This document shows positions 1 to 12,652 of a DNA stretch of 64,000 nucleotides, piece by piece. The position numbers were made by a program, and so were the translations under genes. The first letter of the stretch is position 1. The number at the start of each line of letters is the position of its first letter. The notes beneath the pieces are model-generated. The model was given only the letters and a program-made list of their open reading frames with translations. It was not told where the DNA came from and did no database searches. The stretch comes from Fimicolochytrium jonesii. Lineage: Eukaryota. The stretch is taken from assembly GCF_025526975.1 (NCBI RefSeq), contig NW_026515674.1, positions 372,001 through 436,000 of the forward strand, in the 5' to 3' direction.

Positions 1-712
1 GAACCAGCTGAACCCATACTTGATGGCGTATACGGCCAGCAGACCGCGCCCGGTTATTAGCACCACCGAACTGCATCCAAGCTTGATGGAGCTTGTGAAC
101 CATGTGAAGAAGGATGCAAAGGATGGGAACGCCGAATTGGACCACCTGGTGCTAAACACCGGTTTATGGCTGGACCCATCGTCATTCCAATCCGACTCGA
201 AAGACTTCATCCAGACCTACGCAGATACCATCACCAGCGCCATACATTCGCTGAACGAGGCGTTCTCGTTCAAGCAGAACGACGGGGCTGCAAGCGCGGG
301 GTCAACAAGTTCATGCACGACGAAAATATGGCTTCGCACCTCGCCTTTCCGGCATTACCGCCACGGCGACTACAACACTAACGGCCGCTGCGAAGCCAAA
401 CGACCCCAGTTCCCATCATCACCGCTGACATACTACTACGGCGCTTACGCCGAGACAATGCAGAATGAAATCCTCAAGGATGTTCTCAAGGCGAAGACGC
501 GGATCAGTGACATTCAAGCGAAGAGCAGCAACTACGCAAGTCCAGTATTCGACTTGTTGGATATCACAGAGATCTCGAAAGCGAGGGAGGATGCACATCG
601 CAGTACAAAGGATTGCTCGCACTATTGCCTGCCTGGAGTGGTGGATGTGTGGGTAGACGTATGGCTCAGGAGGATTTGGGATGAGTGTGTCGGCAATGAC
701 CGGGACCATTGA
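1..712 (+). CDS. TBL/PMR5 (DUF231, PC-esterase) family SGNH-like O-acyltransferase/esterase, C-terminal part; 5' end lies outside the window
   Basis: The frame is open from nt 2 (NQLNPYLM...). Ordered motifs LVLNTGLW, WLRTSPFRHYRHGDYNTNGRC, LLDITEISKAREDAH and DCSHYCLPGVVDVW match the TBL/DUF231 consensus, including the DxxH catalytic motif. Stop TGA at 710-712. Confidence 0.85.
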   Translation, partial: NQLNPYLMAYTASRPRPVISTTELHPSLMELVNHVKKDAKDGNAELDHLVLNTGLWLDPSSFQSDSKDFIQTYADTITSAIHSLNEAFSFKQNDGAASAGSTSSCTTKIWLRTSPFRHYRHGDYNTNGRCEAKRPQFPSSPLTYYYGAYAETMQNEILKDVLKAKTRISDIQAKSSNYASPVFDLLDITEISKAREDAHRSTKDCSHYCLPGVVDVWVDVWLRRIWDECVGNDRDH

Positions 713-860
713 CACGATGTGGCAACTGCAGGAGTCTCCTGCTGTATGTAGACCGAATTTTCGCTGAGTGACGTTGAAAACAGTCCATAGGTATATTTAA
801 ATGTGTATCAGATATATGTAATGATAATGTCCTAATCTCTCAGCGCCCCATTAAAGTCTA

Positions 861-1799
861 CTAGATCTTCTTCGCAATCGCCTCAGCAACGCGAGCGTGG
901 GTGGCAGTCGTGAAGTGGTACTCATCCCAGTAGAGGTAATCGGCCGGATTCTTGCAAGCAACCAGTGTCGTGGTGTTCAAACACTGGGCTTTGCGCTCCG
1001 CTGCGTGCACAGTAGGCAGGAAAGCATGCGCATCAAACAGCTTGATGCTCAACGAGCGTCTCTGCCGCGAGAGCCTCAGATACTCCTTTTTCAAGGCCGC
1101 GTTGTATTCCGTGGTGAATTTGGCGAAGACCGGCGCATAACCCTTGGTCGCTTCCGTTTGGAAGAACGGGAGGAGGTCCAATTGGGGCAACGTGTTCACA
1201 AGGAACCTCCGCCCGCCTGCGTTGTAGATGTTTTCGATCGAGGCAACGATGTTGGACACGACTTGGGTAGCGGTGATGTTCAGACCGCCAAATGTGGCGA
1301 AGAAGATATCGTTCGCCCCGGCCCAGAAGATATGTGTCGCTTTCAGCTTGTGTTCCCTGACTTCCGCCGTGAGTTCATTAGAACCGTCCGCGGCCTGTGT
1401 CCCAGCGTTCAACCAGTCCACATATTGTGCAACCTGCTGGTTGACGCTGGGAACCAGCACTGTCGAGTCGGGACCAGTGTAGCCTTTTACCGTGTTGTTG
1501 TCACTGGTAGCACCACCATACGCATATGACTTTGCGGTCGTGTGGAGTCGGCTGGCGAGAGAGTCTACCCAGATAGGGCCGTTGGAAAAGCGGCCCTGGT
1601 AGTAGGCTTGAGGACGGGGCCAGGTGCCACTTGTGAGCTTGAAGGCATTGCCCGTGTCCGACCAGCTGTCACCGAAGACGACCAAAGCGGTTGCGCCTGA
1701 TCTAGCCCCATCGATTGGACTCTCGCCAATCGGGGCCGCCTTGGCTGCCAGGAATAGGTTAGCCGCTGCGAGGGAAACGGCGAAAAGATAGTTCCTCAT
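861..1799 (-). CDS. Secreted GDSL/SGNH lipase-acetylesterase, intronless
   Basis: Signal peptide MRNYLFAVSLAAANLFLAAKA (ATG at 1799). Block I FGDSWSDTGN, GRFSNG, block II YAYGGAT, block III WAGAND and block V WDEYH. Confidence 0.9.
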   Translation of the reverse strand: MRNYLFAVSLAAANLFLAAKAAPIGESPIDGARSGATALVVFGDSWSDTGNAFKLTSGTWPRPQAYYQGRFSNGPIWVDSLASRLHTTAKSYAYGGATSDNNTVKGYTGPDSTVLVPSVNQQVAQYVDWLNAGTQAADGSNELTAEVREHKLKATHIFWAGANDIFFATFGGLNITATQVVSNIVASIENIYNAGGRRFLVNTLPQLDLLPFFQTEATKGYAPVFAKFTTEYNAALKKEYLRLSRQRRSLSIKLFDAHAFLPTVHAAERKAQCLNTTTLVACKNPADYLYWDEYHFTTATHARVAEAIAKKI

Positions 1800-2870
1800 T
1801 CTCGCAATTCTGTCGGACTGGTTGAGAGTCGATCTCGAGATGGAACGCGTCGGGTGTTTTTTGGACGGTGACATTTCGGAAGTGCTGGCGGACGACAAAC
1901 GGAATACAGCAAAGGCAAGAGATTGCGTTCTCCTGCTGTATTGCTATTTATGCACCTGTCCTGGTGTCTGTCGACGAAGGCGATGTGACAGCGTGAGGCA
2001 GTGGGTTCCGAGTCTCGCTCACATCCGTTCACGCACACCGATCCATGAGCTTGTGTAACTTACCCCAGTCACCCCCACGTCGCTCTGTTCTTCACTAGTG
2101 CACTCCGTCGTGACTCCAAGGACTCCGAGGTCAGGGTCAAGTTTGCAAAGCGGTGGGGCAAGCATCTTGATAGCCCGACATTTGTTGCACCGGTTTATCT
2201 GTTCGTCGCTCTCGGAGACGGATTCTTTCCTCTCTCGCCCCACGTTCGACGCCGACGTAAACAAAAGTTCTACGTGAGTACCCGTCGCAACTTGGGGCGG
2301 CCACCTCACATACAAACAGCTTTTCTGGGTCACTTTGGCAAATATAAAACCAAGCTTTATCGTTGATTGTTTGATCTTTCCTTCGGTTATATCTGTCGCG
2401 CATGATGAGACCCGCCGGAAAACTCACCTTTGGCCTCTGGTAAAGGTAGGGATCAGAGGCGTGTGAGCGCAAATGGACCCCTCGATCCATCGACCACAAC
2501 ACATGTATAAGGGTTTCCAAGTGGGATGACCGGAATTGGATGCGGAGAATTAAATATGGCATTGAGATAGATCAAGCGGATGAAGTTTTAGAGTGCGCGG
2601 CTTGCATCGTCTTTTGTGAATCAATGGTGGTCTACGGTATGCGGTATCCACACATGGTACATGCCTTAGTGATGGCAAGGAAGGAGTGGGTCAACAAGTG
2701 AACATCAGTGAAAACACTGGGAAGGGTATGGTTTTATTTCTTTTCAGTATAGGTGGTTTTGAATGGGTGGTATAGCATTGTGTAATATCTACGCAAAACA
2801 GGAACCCAGCTCCGTGCCGTATATTCTATCTGATCCCGCACGGACGACCCTCAGTTCCTTGACGCGTGGA

Positions 2871-5800
2871 TTATTGACTAGTGGCATCTGAAGAGGGTGC
2901 TCGCGATGGTTGCCCAGCTGGTGGCCGTGGAGAGGGCTGACCTTGACGTTGAGGCGAACCAAAGCTGGAGTTGGCCGACATGCTTGCTGCTGGCGCCGGC
3001 GGACTCATCGATAAGGTTCGGTCGGTTGGTGCTGGAGGAAGCGGTGCTTGCGAATGTTGTGCTTGTGCTTGTTGAGAGTGTGATTGTAGAAGGACTTGTT
3101 GTGCTGTTTGCTGCTGCCGCTGTTGTTGCTGTTGTTGCTGTTGCAGGTGCTGCAGTGGTATTTGTTGCGAAAGCTGTTGAGGCAGCTGGCCATGGACTAG
3201 AGCTTGCGCCTGCGCGTGTTGTGCATGTTGCCGAGAGAGCTGGATTTGCCTTTGTTGCTGGATCATCTCTGGCGTCATCTAACACAATCGGGCGGAACAT
3301 GTTAATAGAGAGGTCAAGAGAAACAAATTCACGACGATGGCGTACCTGACCCATTTTCGCGACTTGCTGAGCATTTTGCAAGGCAACAAATGCTGCAGCG
3401 GTATGGGGCGCATCCGCTGATATCTGAGCACGCTGTGCCGCCAGTTGATGAGACGCTGCCGACTGCTGTTGTTGAAACTGCAGGTGTTGCGCGATCTGCG
3501 CTTGCACTTGCGGTTGTCCAGGTGACATCTGCGGTGAACTTGATGTCGGCCGGTGAGGCATGACCGCCTGTTGCTGTGACGGAGACAAGTGAGATCCTTG
3601 GTGAGACTGCATTTGCATTTGCTGTTGCTGAGGGTATTGTTGCTGCTGTTGTTGCGCTTGTGCCTGCCGCTGTAACTGCAACTGTGCCTGTTGCTGCTGT
3701 TGTTGACTCATCATCTGCATTTTCCGCATTGCGGCCATTCGTTGACTCTGGCTTAAAGCTGCCGCGCTCATTGGCTGCGATCCAGCGGGGCCAGAGGACG
3801 ACGACGCGCCTACACCCAGCATTTGTTGCATGGGTGCCATGCCTATACATGTGCGAAAAAGAATGAGTAAGCGCTCGCCGACACGGAAGTCATAAACTTC
3901 GAAGCGCCAACGAACCCTGAGGGGACATCCCTGGCCGCTGTTGTGGGGAACCAGCGATTATTTGTTGCTGATGACGTAACACCGCAGCTCGCAAGAACTG
4001 GTCTTGCACCGCCGATGCTGGTGCCCCATTCAGCCCGGCAGCACTCTGAGGCGATGCCGCCATGTGTGCAGCCACCGGCGCTGCTGTTGGCGGGCCGCAT
4101 TTGCATTGGTGATTGGCTGGCTGCAACAGCGACTGGCACCTGCATCGGTTGGCCTGCGACAGGTGCTACGGGCATCCCATGCACCACGTTTCCAGCGGGT
4201 ACTGGGCGGGGCCTGTACTGTGGATACGGAATGGGTACCGACGCCGCGGGGCCACGAACGGGTAACATCCCCTATGACCGGGTGAGTGTGAGTAACCGTA
4301 CATGTGCACCTCAATTCCGAGGTCAAGTAACAGACTCACCCCTCGTGCCTGTGCGGTGTACATCTGACGGCCTTGTTCCTGCGCCTGCAGCCGGTTGCGT
4401 CTCAGAATCGATAGCTCTGAAGGAGGCAGTGGCGGTCCGTTCAGATCGATGCCTGCCATAGCTTGCGCTTGGTAATGTGTTTCATGCGTGCTGAGAATGA
4501 TCTTCGCAGGCGGTTTCCGGTCTGGCGGCTGAATGATTAGCTGGTTGGGAATATGGACGGCGCGATGATATAATGTAACCCTACCTGCTGGCGGCCTATA
4601 CCGATCCTTGTTTTTGCTCAATTTCCGAATGTTCTCCATGGTCATGAGATGCTTCGTGATCTTAGCGTCCGTGGCCTGTGACGTTAGACTTGTCGCTAAC
4701 CAGGACTCGTTGGTAGCACCGGTCCCATCGGTGGTCAATTGACTTCCCGATTGACTGGCGATGAGCTCCTTGTACCGGAAGAAACAGTCCCATTCGTTTC
4801 GGCGCTGAGGAGCTTTCACGAGTTGTTGCGTATGTATAATATCGCTGACAACGGTCCAATTGAATCTGTACAAAGGCGCCGATGCGAGCAAATCTGCGTC
4901 TTCTGCGGGCGTCCATTCGGGATTCTGCTCTAATGATTTGGGTTGAGGGACGAGCATCGGCGGTGGTATTGGTTCTGTGGCGGATTTCCCGAACAGAGAC
5001 GCTGAAGAACAAGCTCTTAGCAGAGAGCTCCAAATCGTAAGAATCCAAACAATGCTTACAGATTGGGGCGGTGCTCTCGACCGATCCCCGTCGTGCGTCT
5101 GCATCCTCTGACGTCCACGGGGACTCATCTTTGATGACCCTTCGTTCGACGATCAACGCAGAGACTGGCACAACAGTCTTGTGCTGCGTCTCATCATCAT
5201 ATAACTCGCCGTCACCAAATGGCCTATAGATAGGCAATTCCTGTTGCTCCGGGTTGGAATCATCGTAGGTCTGCCAGATTGTGTTGGGAGCCATGTACAA
5301 AGGAGGTAAACCTTCTGGGAAGTCATCCATCGCTTCACTGACGCTTGGACTAGGCAATGTTGTGTCTATTGCTATGCACGAATAGCGAATGAGAATTCTC
5401 ACGTCGAAGTCTCTCACGGTATTGCAAAGCGGTATCCTACCGTGCCCTTCCCCTGCTTCTGGACTCCCTTCGACATTCATGCTTGTACTTTTGAGAGATC
5501 CCGTTGAGTGGGCGTTCACCCTGCAAAATAGAAGGGCAACTTGCGCGCATCCTTACCTGACTCCAGGCGCACTCGGCTCCTGTTGCTCAGAGCGACGCTG
5601 TAAGCAACGTATCAGCAAGCGGTTCTCCAACAGCACCCAGACATTCAACACTCACGCGGATGCAAACCACGCGTTTGTCCGGCGCCGCATGCCATTCCAA
5701 GACGAGCTGCCCGATGGTGTATGCTAGAGCAATCTTCCACTTCCGTTCCTGACGGAAATCTGTCCGCATCCATCTCTACTCGTACCGGCAGCGGTGAGAA

Positions 5801-7296
5801 ATGAAAGCCTTCTGCAACAAAAGCTCCTTTCTGGTAGCATACCATCTCTTCGAGCAATGAATCCCAATGAGTTTTTTTCCGTGCTGGTGGCTCGAATGGT
5901 CGCAACTGTCGGAAACTCCACAGGTTCTTCTCTTTCAGCTGTTCGACCCTGGCCAGCAGGCTAAGCTGCTGAGATTCATTTCGCGCTGCCTGGGGAGAAG
6001 CGGATGTTTCAGAACCGCTCCTGTACCTTAATCTGCCCTCAAATTAAATGGCGTACCTGCCAGTCCCAAGTACTGAGACACTTGTGGGCAGTGGGGAGCA
6101 GATTGCCGATCGGTTGTGCTTGCACACGAAGCTGCCATTCATACCACCGATAGCCCTTCAACTGCGTATCGGTCTCTGGGGCCAAGAAAATCGGCTTCAG
6201 AGGTTTTTTCTTCCGGTTATATTGCCTTGTTTCCCGGCTTCGCGGTGTTGTACGTTGCACCTTTGCGGGTGGGGCCGCGGGAGTGGCATCTGGTGGGTGC
6301 GCCTTTTGGTAAACGGAGTTTCTGCGTTTTGTAGACGGGGATGGGGCGGATACTACGGGTGGTGCAGTGGGGGACGCGGGATGGGCACTTGTCGGAGCTG
6401 ACTCGGATCCTCCCTGTAAAAACTTCTGTCAATCCCATCCAGGACACAGATTGTCCTGACATCTTCCCGAAAGGTACCTCTCCATTTGGCGCCAGCTTCT
6501 TTGCCGAGATTCCGCGAGTGACCATCCTCTCCGGAGGCGGAAGGGGCCTTCTACGACCAGCCGGAATAGAGTTGCCACTGGTGCTATCCTCCGAGGGAGG
6601 TTCTCCTTCATGTCTCGCCGCTGTATCTTCGAGCCCGTTCCGGGTACTCGGGTCATGCAGTTGAGTGCCAGACACTGTGTAAAGCTAGTGAGTTTGACGA
6701 ACGTCAAGCAGGTACCTGAACATCCTAATGTTTAGCTACCCACCAAATTCTTCTCCGTCCAAGAACCGAGAAAGCTGAACATTTCCTCAGATTAGGAATC
6801 TGTCTGTGAATCCTGAAACCTTCAAGCGTCTTACCTCCTCGCTGTTACAAGATTTGAGGTTCAGGGTCAGTAGAGAAATTTTGGCAAAATGGCGGTGGGA
6901 TCAGATGCATACCTCAACAAAGGATATCCAGAGCAGAACTCCTTGAAACCAGCATCATTCCTCTCCACAGTCGCCGCATCTGTCCCTCCATTGGTGACCC
7001 CGTTTTCAAGATCCCGCTCGCGGATATATAACTCAAACAGTAATGATTCGTAAAGACGTGCAATGCCTCTACAGTACTTTCGTTAGGGGAGCTTGACGTG
7101 AGAGACGAAACCTGCATAACGTCCTCACCTTATCCGCCCTTGTCGGGACTCCACGGCTCCTTGTCGGAGGTCGGGTAGCTAGTTTATGCCACGTAAGGGT
7201 TTGCTGACGCAGATATGACAGTAGAGGCAGCCTTACATGTTTGTTATCTTCAGGAGTGGCAATACCGTCGGATAGTCGCTCTTTGGTCGTATTCAT
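2871..7296 (-). CDS. EAF1: NuA4 histone acetyltransferase scaffold Eaf1/Vid21 (HSA + SANT/Myb domains, Q-rich C-terminus), multi-exon
   Basis: HSA motif KTHWDSLLEEM...MRTDFRQERKWKIALAY (about 5700-5900). SANT motif WTPAEDADLL...FNWTVVSD...RNEWDCFFRY (about 4770-4920). Poly-Q tail. Probable ATG at 7296 (MNTTKERL...) followed by GT-AG exons; stop TAA at 2871. Internal exon borders are approximate. Confidence 0.85.
3040..3720 (-). repeat. CAG/CAA-rich poly-glutamine tracts within EAF1
   Basis: Runs of tgttgctgctg on the + strand encode QQQQ tracts (for example 3100-3140 and 3620-3710). Confidence 0.85.
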
Positions 7297-7858
7297 AGCG
7301 CAATCGTCGTTTATCGCCAACCCAACGCTTGCGCAGAGTTCGGTCTAGTACCCTTCTGAACGTGGTCAGATCGCTCAACGTCCAATGGTAACCCCTTGCG
7401 GTGTCCGGCCTCCGGACAAGGACTTCCTTCCCGGAACAGATACCCAGCGTCAGAAAAGTTACCCAAAAGGTCGGTAGGTATTTTAGGCAGTTCTAGTCGC
7501 GAAATCCCGGACCCACACACGCTCTTCCCGACAGTGGGAGCAATTGACATGCACGACCAGCGAGATCAGCGAAACTACGTGTGACTTTGTGTAGCAATTT
7601 CTGCTCTGTGGCAAGAACGCGATGAGTGAAGGAAATGCAGTTGCCTCGACACACGAACTTAGGAAAGAGGGCCATGCATGGCACACAGTTTGAGCCATTT
7701 TCCAAAGAGCTGGGCTGTTGAACAGCCTCAGAACTGACCTCAGATCACTCGTGACGACCCTTCCACACCAAGCTTTCACGCGCAATGACGGGCCTCGCTT
7801 GTTCGAAATTCACCCGACTTTGAACCTCAGAATTGACATTCCCCAACTAATCCTGAGA

Positions 7859-8340
7859 ATGCCTCCATCGAAAACACCTACGGCGCTCAGAGGCGCTGTG
7901 CGAGACCTCTACAAGCAGGTTCGTCCTTGATTCGTCGAATCTGCCACGTCTGAATTCTCTCAATCTTGTGTACGATTCTTCCGCACCCGTTTCATGTCTT
8001 CTCACTTTTTGGTCCCCATATTGGGACACTTGCAGTTACTTTGGATAGGGCGGGAATACCCACAAGGAGGGTTGGAGTACTTCCGGCCACGATTAAAGAA
8101 AGCTTTCCTGAAAAACAAGGAGCTATCAAAGCCCGAGGACATCGAACAAGCCATCAAACGAGGTTGGTTGCGCGGATGGCTTCAGCCTATTATTAATCAT
8201 AGCAAGGAACCATTACACTAAATCAATCCCATTTCTGCTTCGTTCTGATACCAGGAGAGTTTGTTTTGAAGGAACTGGAGGCGCTGTGGTTTCTGAAGAA
8301 GTATCGCCATGTTAAGCAGAGCTATTACGACGAAAAGTGA
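7859..8340 (+). CDS. LYRM5: LYR-motif protein LYRM5/ETFRF1 (electron transfer flavoprotein regulatory factor), 3 exons
   Basis: Exons 7859-7918, 8036-8162 and 8255-8340 splice to [90 protein letters not shown], the typical LYRM5 pattern. Confidence 0.88.
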
Positions 8341-9246
8341 TCCGTACTTGCTGAAGCTTCAGATGGCAACTTACTTAACATGTCTCATGGAAGGGCTTTA
8401 CATATGTATATTGTATCGCTAGCAATTTAACATTCATCAACAAAACGCAACGCTGATGGGCAATGGTAACTTGATCTGGCAGACATCTTTCTTCTATACT
8501 CCCAATTTCCTCCCGGCAGCCATCAGAGGACATTGACTGGTGGCGAATCAGCAAGTTACCCGTTTGTTCATCTGCTGTTAAATACATAGTCACCCGCTCT
8601 CCACGAACTCGAAGATCAGCATCTATTGCGAGGTTTCGACTTCCTTATAGGAATACAGCAATTCCCCTGTTGCGTCGTCCGAGGCTATAGTAAGGGCGAT
8701 ATCCGCTGAAGCAAGGAGGACCCGAAGGTGCAGTGTCGAAAGCTGTCCAATCAAGGTTAAGTTTGACAGGGCTGCACACATGCCAAGCTTTGACGCGACC
8801 GTTAAGTGGCCACTGGACTTTTGATGAATCCCTGGAATCGGGACTGATGAGCCATGCGGGCCGTACGGCTGCTATGCGGCAATGTTCGGCGTCTCTCCAG
8901 GCCGCGACCTACTGTATATTCAAAACGCCCTGCCATTGGCCAAGCCATCACCCCTTTATCCACAATGCACATGACCGCTGGCCGCCAGGGCCGCCTGCCC
9001 CTGCCGCGTTCGCATTATGCAGTGGCCACTGGCATCAGAAAGTCATCATCGGCCAACAATTTGGCAACAAGTAAAAGCGGGCAGCCATAACCACTGTCTT
9101 CGCGGCCGTAAACTCACCGGAAAAGTCTTAGGAGTTTGTTTTTGGCAGTTCAACGACGTTCATAGATCGTTTTGTTCGCACCGTTGAAACACTTGTGACG
9201 GATAGTCCTAGTTTGCTTAGGGAATCACAACACCCGTAAGGCAGCA

Positions 9247-12200
9247 ATGGAGCCTTACAGGCCTCCACGGAGCCCTCGGGACCCTCGTCAGAATCGCGGG
9301 CCAGCTTCGGGCAGTAGCTACTCATCCAATGCCTCGCAGCAACCTAGCGTACCAGCGGCCGCAGCGCACCCTGCAGGGGCTTACTATCCGCGAGGACAGT
9401 CCCTCGACGAACCTCAGCACAGAGGTCCTTTGAGAACTGCTCCGCACGGCAGTTCGAACGACCCGCGCGACTTTTCTACCTCATATGGCCAGGACAGCGC
9501 CAGCGAACGCAGTGGTGGGACTGGCAGAAGTGGAAGGAGTACGACCAGGCTCACAGGACCTGGGCCATCGAGTGGATACAGCGACCCTCAACCTCAGCGT
9601 CCTCTTCAAACATATGGTCAAAACGCTTATCCACCAGCGCAGCAATTTGGGATCGACGAGTATCCCGGCCCGTCGGCCGCTCCAGCTCATAGCGACAATG
9701 CCCATGTCGTAAACATGCCTGTTGCTCAGCAGCCTTCCTTCCCCCTTGCAGAGAGTCAAAGCATGTCGGCCTCTACCCTCGCATTTCCGGAAGACAACAT
9801 TGGCGGCTACCCAAATGGTCGTGGCGCAGGTTATGCCCCTTATCCAGCTCATCCAGAACCCGACAACATATCCGCATACTATGCTCAGGATCCCGCCCTT
9901 GCAAATCCGCCTCCGAGACCGTCGTTCCAGGGGTCGAGACCTCCGAGACCTCAGATGATGCAGCCTCAGCAGTTCCAGCAATCCTACGACCTTTCCCAGC
10001 CAAATTTTGGGCCTCAATACGGCACCCGGCCCATGCCACAAGGAGCCTACCCTCCCCCGCAGATGATGCGCCGAAGGGGCGCAGGCACCATTTTTAGGCA
10101 CAAAACCAAGAAGACCATCAACTTGACTCCTCAGGGAAACTTCGTGGTCGAAATTCCTGTACCTGCGAAGGTCAGAGAGCAGAGCAAGTCGAACGACCGG
10201 GAGTTCACCCATCTCCGATACTCTGCCGTGGTTGGTGACCCGAATGACTTTGTGAAGCGCGGCTACACTCTTCGTGCGAAGGACCTTGGACGCCACACGG
10301 AGCTCATGGTTGTGATGACGATGGTAAGTGAGGTCAATATCACGATGCAGAGCCTCTCAGCCCTACTGACCATATCCGCCGACAGTACAACGAAGATGAG
10401 ATTCTATTTGCAAAGACGTGGAAAGCTGTGATGAAAAACATTGCCCATCTCTGCTCGAAGAAGAAGCACCCCATGTGGGGTGTCAATGGCTGGGAGAAAG
10501 TCGTCGTTTGCGTGGTTTCCGACGGACGAACCAAGATCAATCCCCGAACGTTGAACGTGTTGGGCGTCATGGGTCTATTCCAAGATGGTGTCATCAAAAC
10601 CAGCATCAACAACCAAGACGTTGCGGCACACGTGTTCGAATTCACCACACAAGTTTGCGTTGATCCCGATCTCAACGTTCGGGGAAGTCAAGCCGGCGTC
10701 ATCCCGGTTCAAACGATCTTCTGTTTGAAAGAGAAGAATGCCAAGAAGCTCAACAGTCACCGTTGGTTCTTCTCGGCGTTCGGAGCCACTTTGAACCCGA
10801 ACGTGTGTATTCTTCTCGATGTAGGCACCAAGCCCACCGAGGCGTCTTTGCACCGTCTCTGGAAGGCTTTCGATGCCGACCCACAGGTTGCTGGCGCTTG
10901 TGGTGAAATCGCAGCGGAAACGGGCGATTATGGACAGAAGCTGTGGAATCCGCTCGTTGCTGCACAGAACTTCGAGTACAAAATGTCCAACATTCTGGAT
11001 AAGCCTCTCGAGTCTGTAAGTACCGCTGGGCTACTATACAAGCTTCCGGAATCGTCCCGAATCTATGCTTACTTTTCTCTCATCTCCATATTAGGTCTTC
11101 GGTTTCATTGCCGTACTCCCGGGAGCTTTCAGCGCGTATCGCTACAAAGCTCTGCAAAACGGCGCTGACGGAACTGGACCATTGCAAAAGTACTTCTTGG
11201 GCGAAAGTTTGCACGGCAGTCACGGCGACGTGAATCTGTCGCAGGCAAACATGTACCTCGCCGAAGACCGTATTCTCTGCTACGAGCTCGTCACAAAGAA
11301 GAACGAAAACTGGGTTTTGCGATACGTCAAGTCGGCCAAAGCAGAGACGGACGTCCCTGACACGCTACCCGAATTCGTCTCTCAACGTCGTCGGTGGCTC
11401 AACGGTTCCTTCTTTGCGGGGATCCATGCCATCGCTCATTGGTATCAGATTTTCCGATCCGGCCACTCGATCATACGGATGTTCGCCATTCTCACCCTCC
11501 TGGTTTACAACTCGATCAATGTCATCTTCAATTGGTTCTCGCTGGCTACCTTTTATCTGATCTTCTACTTCTTGGGCAACGGAATGGTGGCTGATCCCAA
11601 GACCGACCCATTCTATGGTGCCGGCGACATTGTCATGCTGGTCGTGCGTCAAGTGTACATCTTCTCCATCGTTGCCGTGTTCATCGCCAGTCTGGGTAAC
11701 AGGCCGCAGGGGAGTAGGTTGTTGTATACGGCGGTTTTTGGACTATTTGCCCTGATCATGATCCTCATGCTCTATATGGTAAGTTACTTCCTTTCGATTG
11801 CACGCGCTTTGGTGATTATGCCCTCCACTGTTACTTACATTACCCGCGTTGCTAGGCTGGATTCTCGCTGTACCTATCTGTTACCGCCGCCATTGCAGAG
11901 ACGGCGGGGGATGCCAAGAAGCTACCGAAGCTCATCGAAAAGGCGGCTTTCCGAGATCTTCTGCTCAGCACCCTCACAACTTACGGCGCATACATCATTG
12001 CATCTGTTGCCTACTTCGACCCATGGCACATGGTCAACTCGTTTGCTCAGTATCTTTTGTTCCTTCCCGGATTCATCAACATCCTCATGGTATGTGTCTT
12101 TTTCATCGGATGTTGTCCCGTTCCGGATGGATTCAGCATGCTAACCATCATGCCAATCTTCAGGTGTACGCCTTCACGAACCTACACGATATCTCGTGGG

Positions 12201-12652
12201 GAACCAAAGGGGACAACGCGACCGCTGATCAAGCGCCGGTAGTGGTCAAAAAGGACGACAAGAGCGGGACCCAGGTCGCAACGGTCGATCTCCCGGTTGA
12301 GCAAAAGGACATTGACGCCTCCTACGATGCGTTCCTCCGCGCCTTGCCATCACCACCCAAGCAAGGAAAGTCGGGATCCGGGCGATCAGCGGCCCTCAAG
12401 CAGGAAGACTACTTCCGCCTCTTCCGCACGCGCGTCGTGCTGTTTTGGATTCTCTGCAACGTCGCCCTAGTGGCGGTGTTGACAACGGACAAGATTGCGA
12501 ACAAGATTGGGATTTTCTCTGGCCCGGAAGGTGTTGGCCAGAGCAACTCGTTCTTGACGTTCATGCTCTGGAGCGTTGCCGCCCTCGCTACGTTCCGTTT
12601 CGGCGGGAGCATGATGTACCTGTGCACCCAGGCTTCGGTGCGGAAGCGCTGA
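9247..12652 (+). CDS. Chitin synthase, division 1 (class I/II-like), 5 exons
   Basis: Motifs [66 protein letters not shown] and HDISWGTKG. Introns at about 10324-10385, 11016-11094, 11779-11855 and 12090-12163. P/Q/Y-rich disordered N-terminus. Confidence 0.97.

Noticed and set aside
1481..1492. U5 snRNA loop-like gccttttac
   Set aside because: It lies inside the GDSL coding sequence (opposite strand) with no U5 stem or Sm site.
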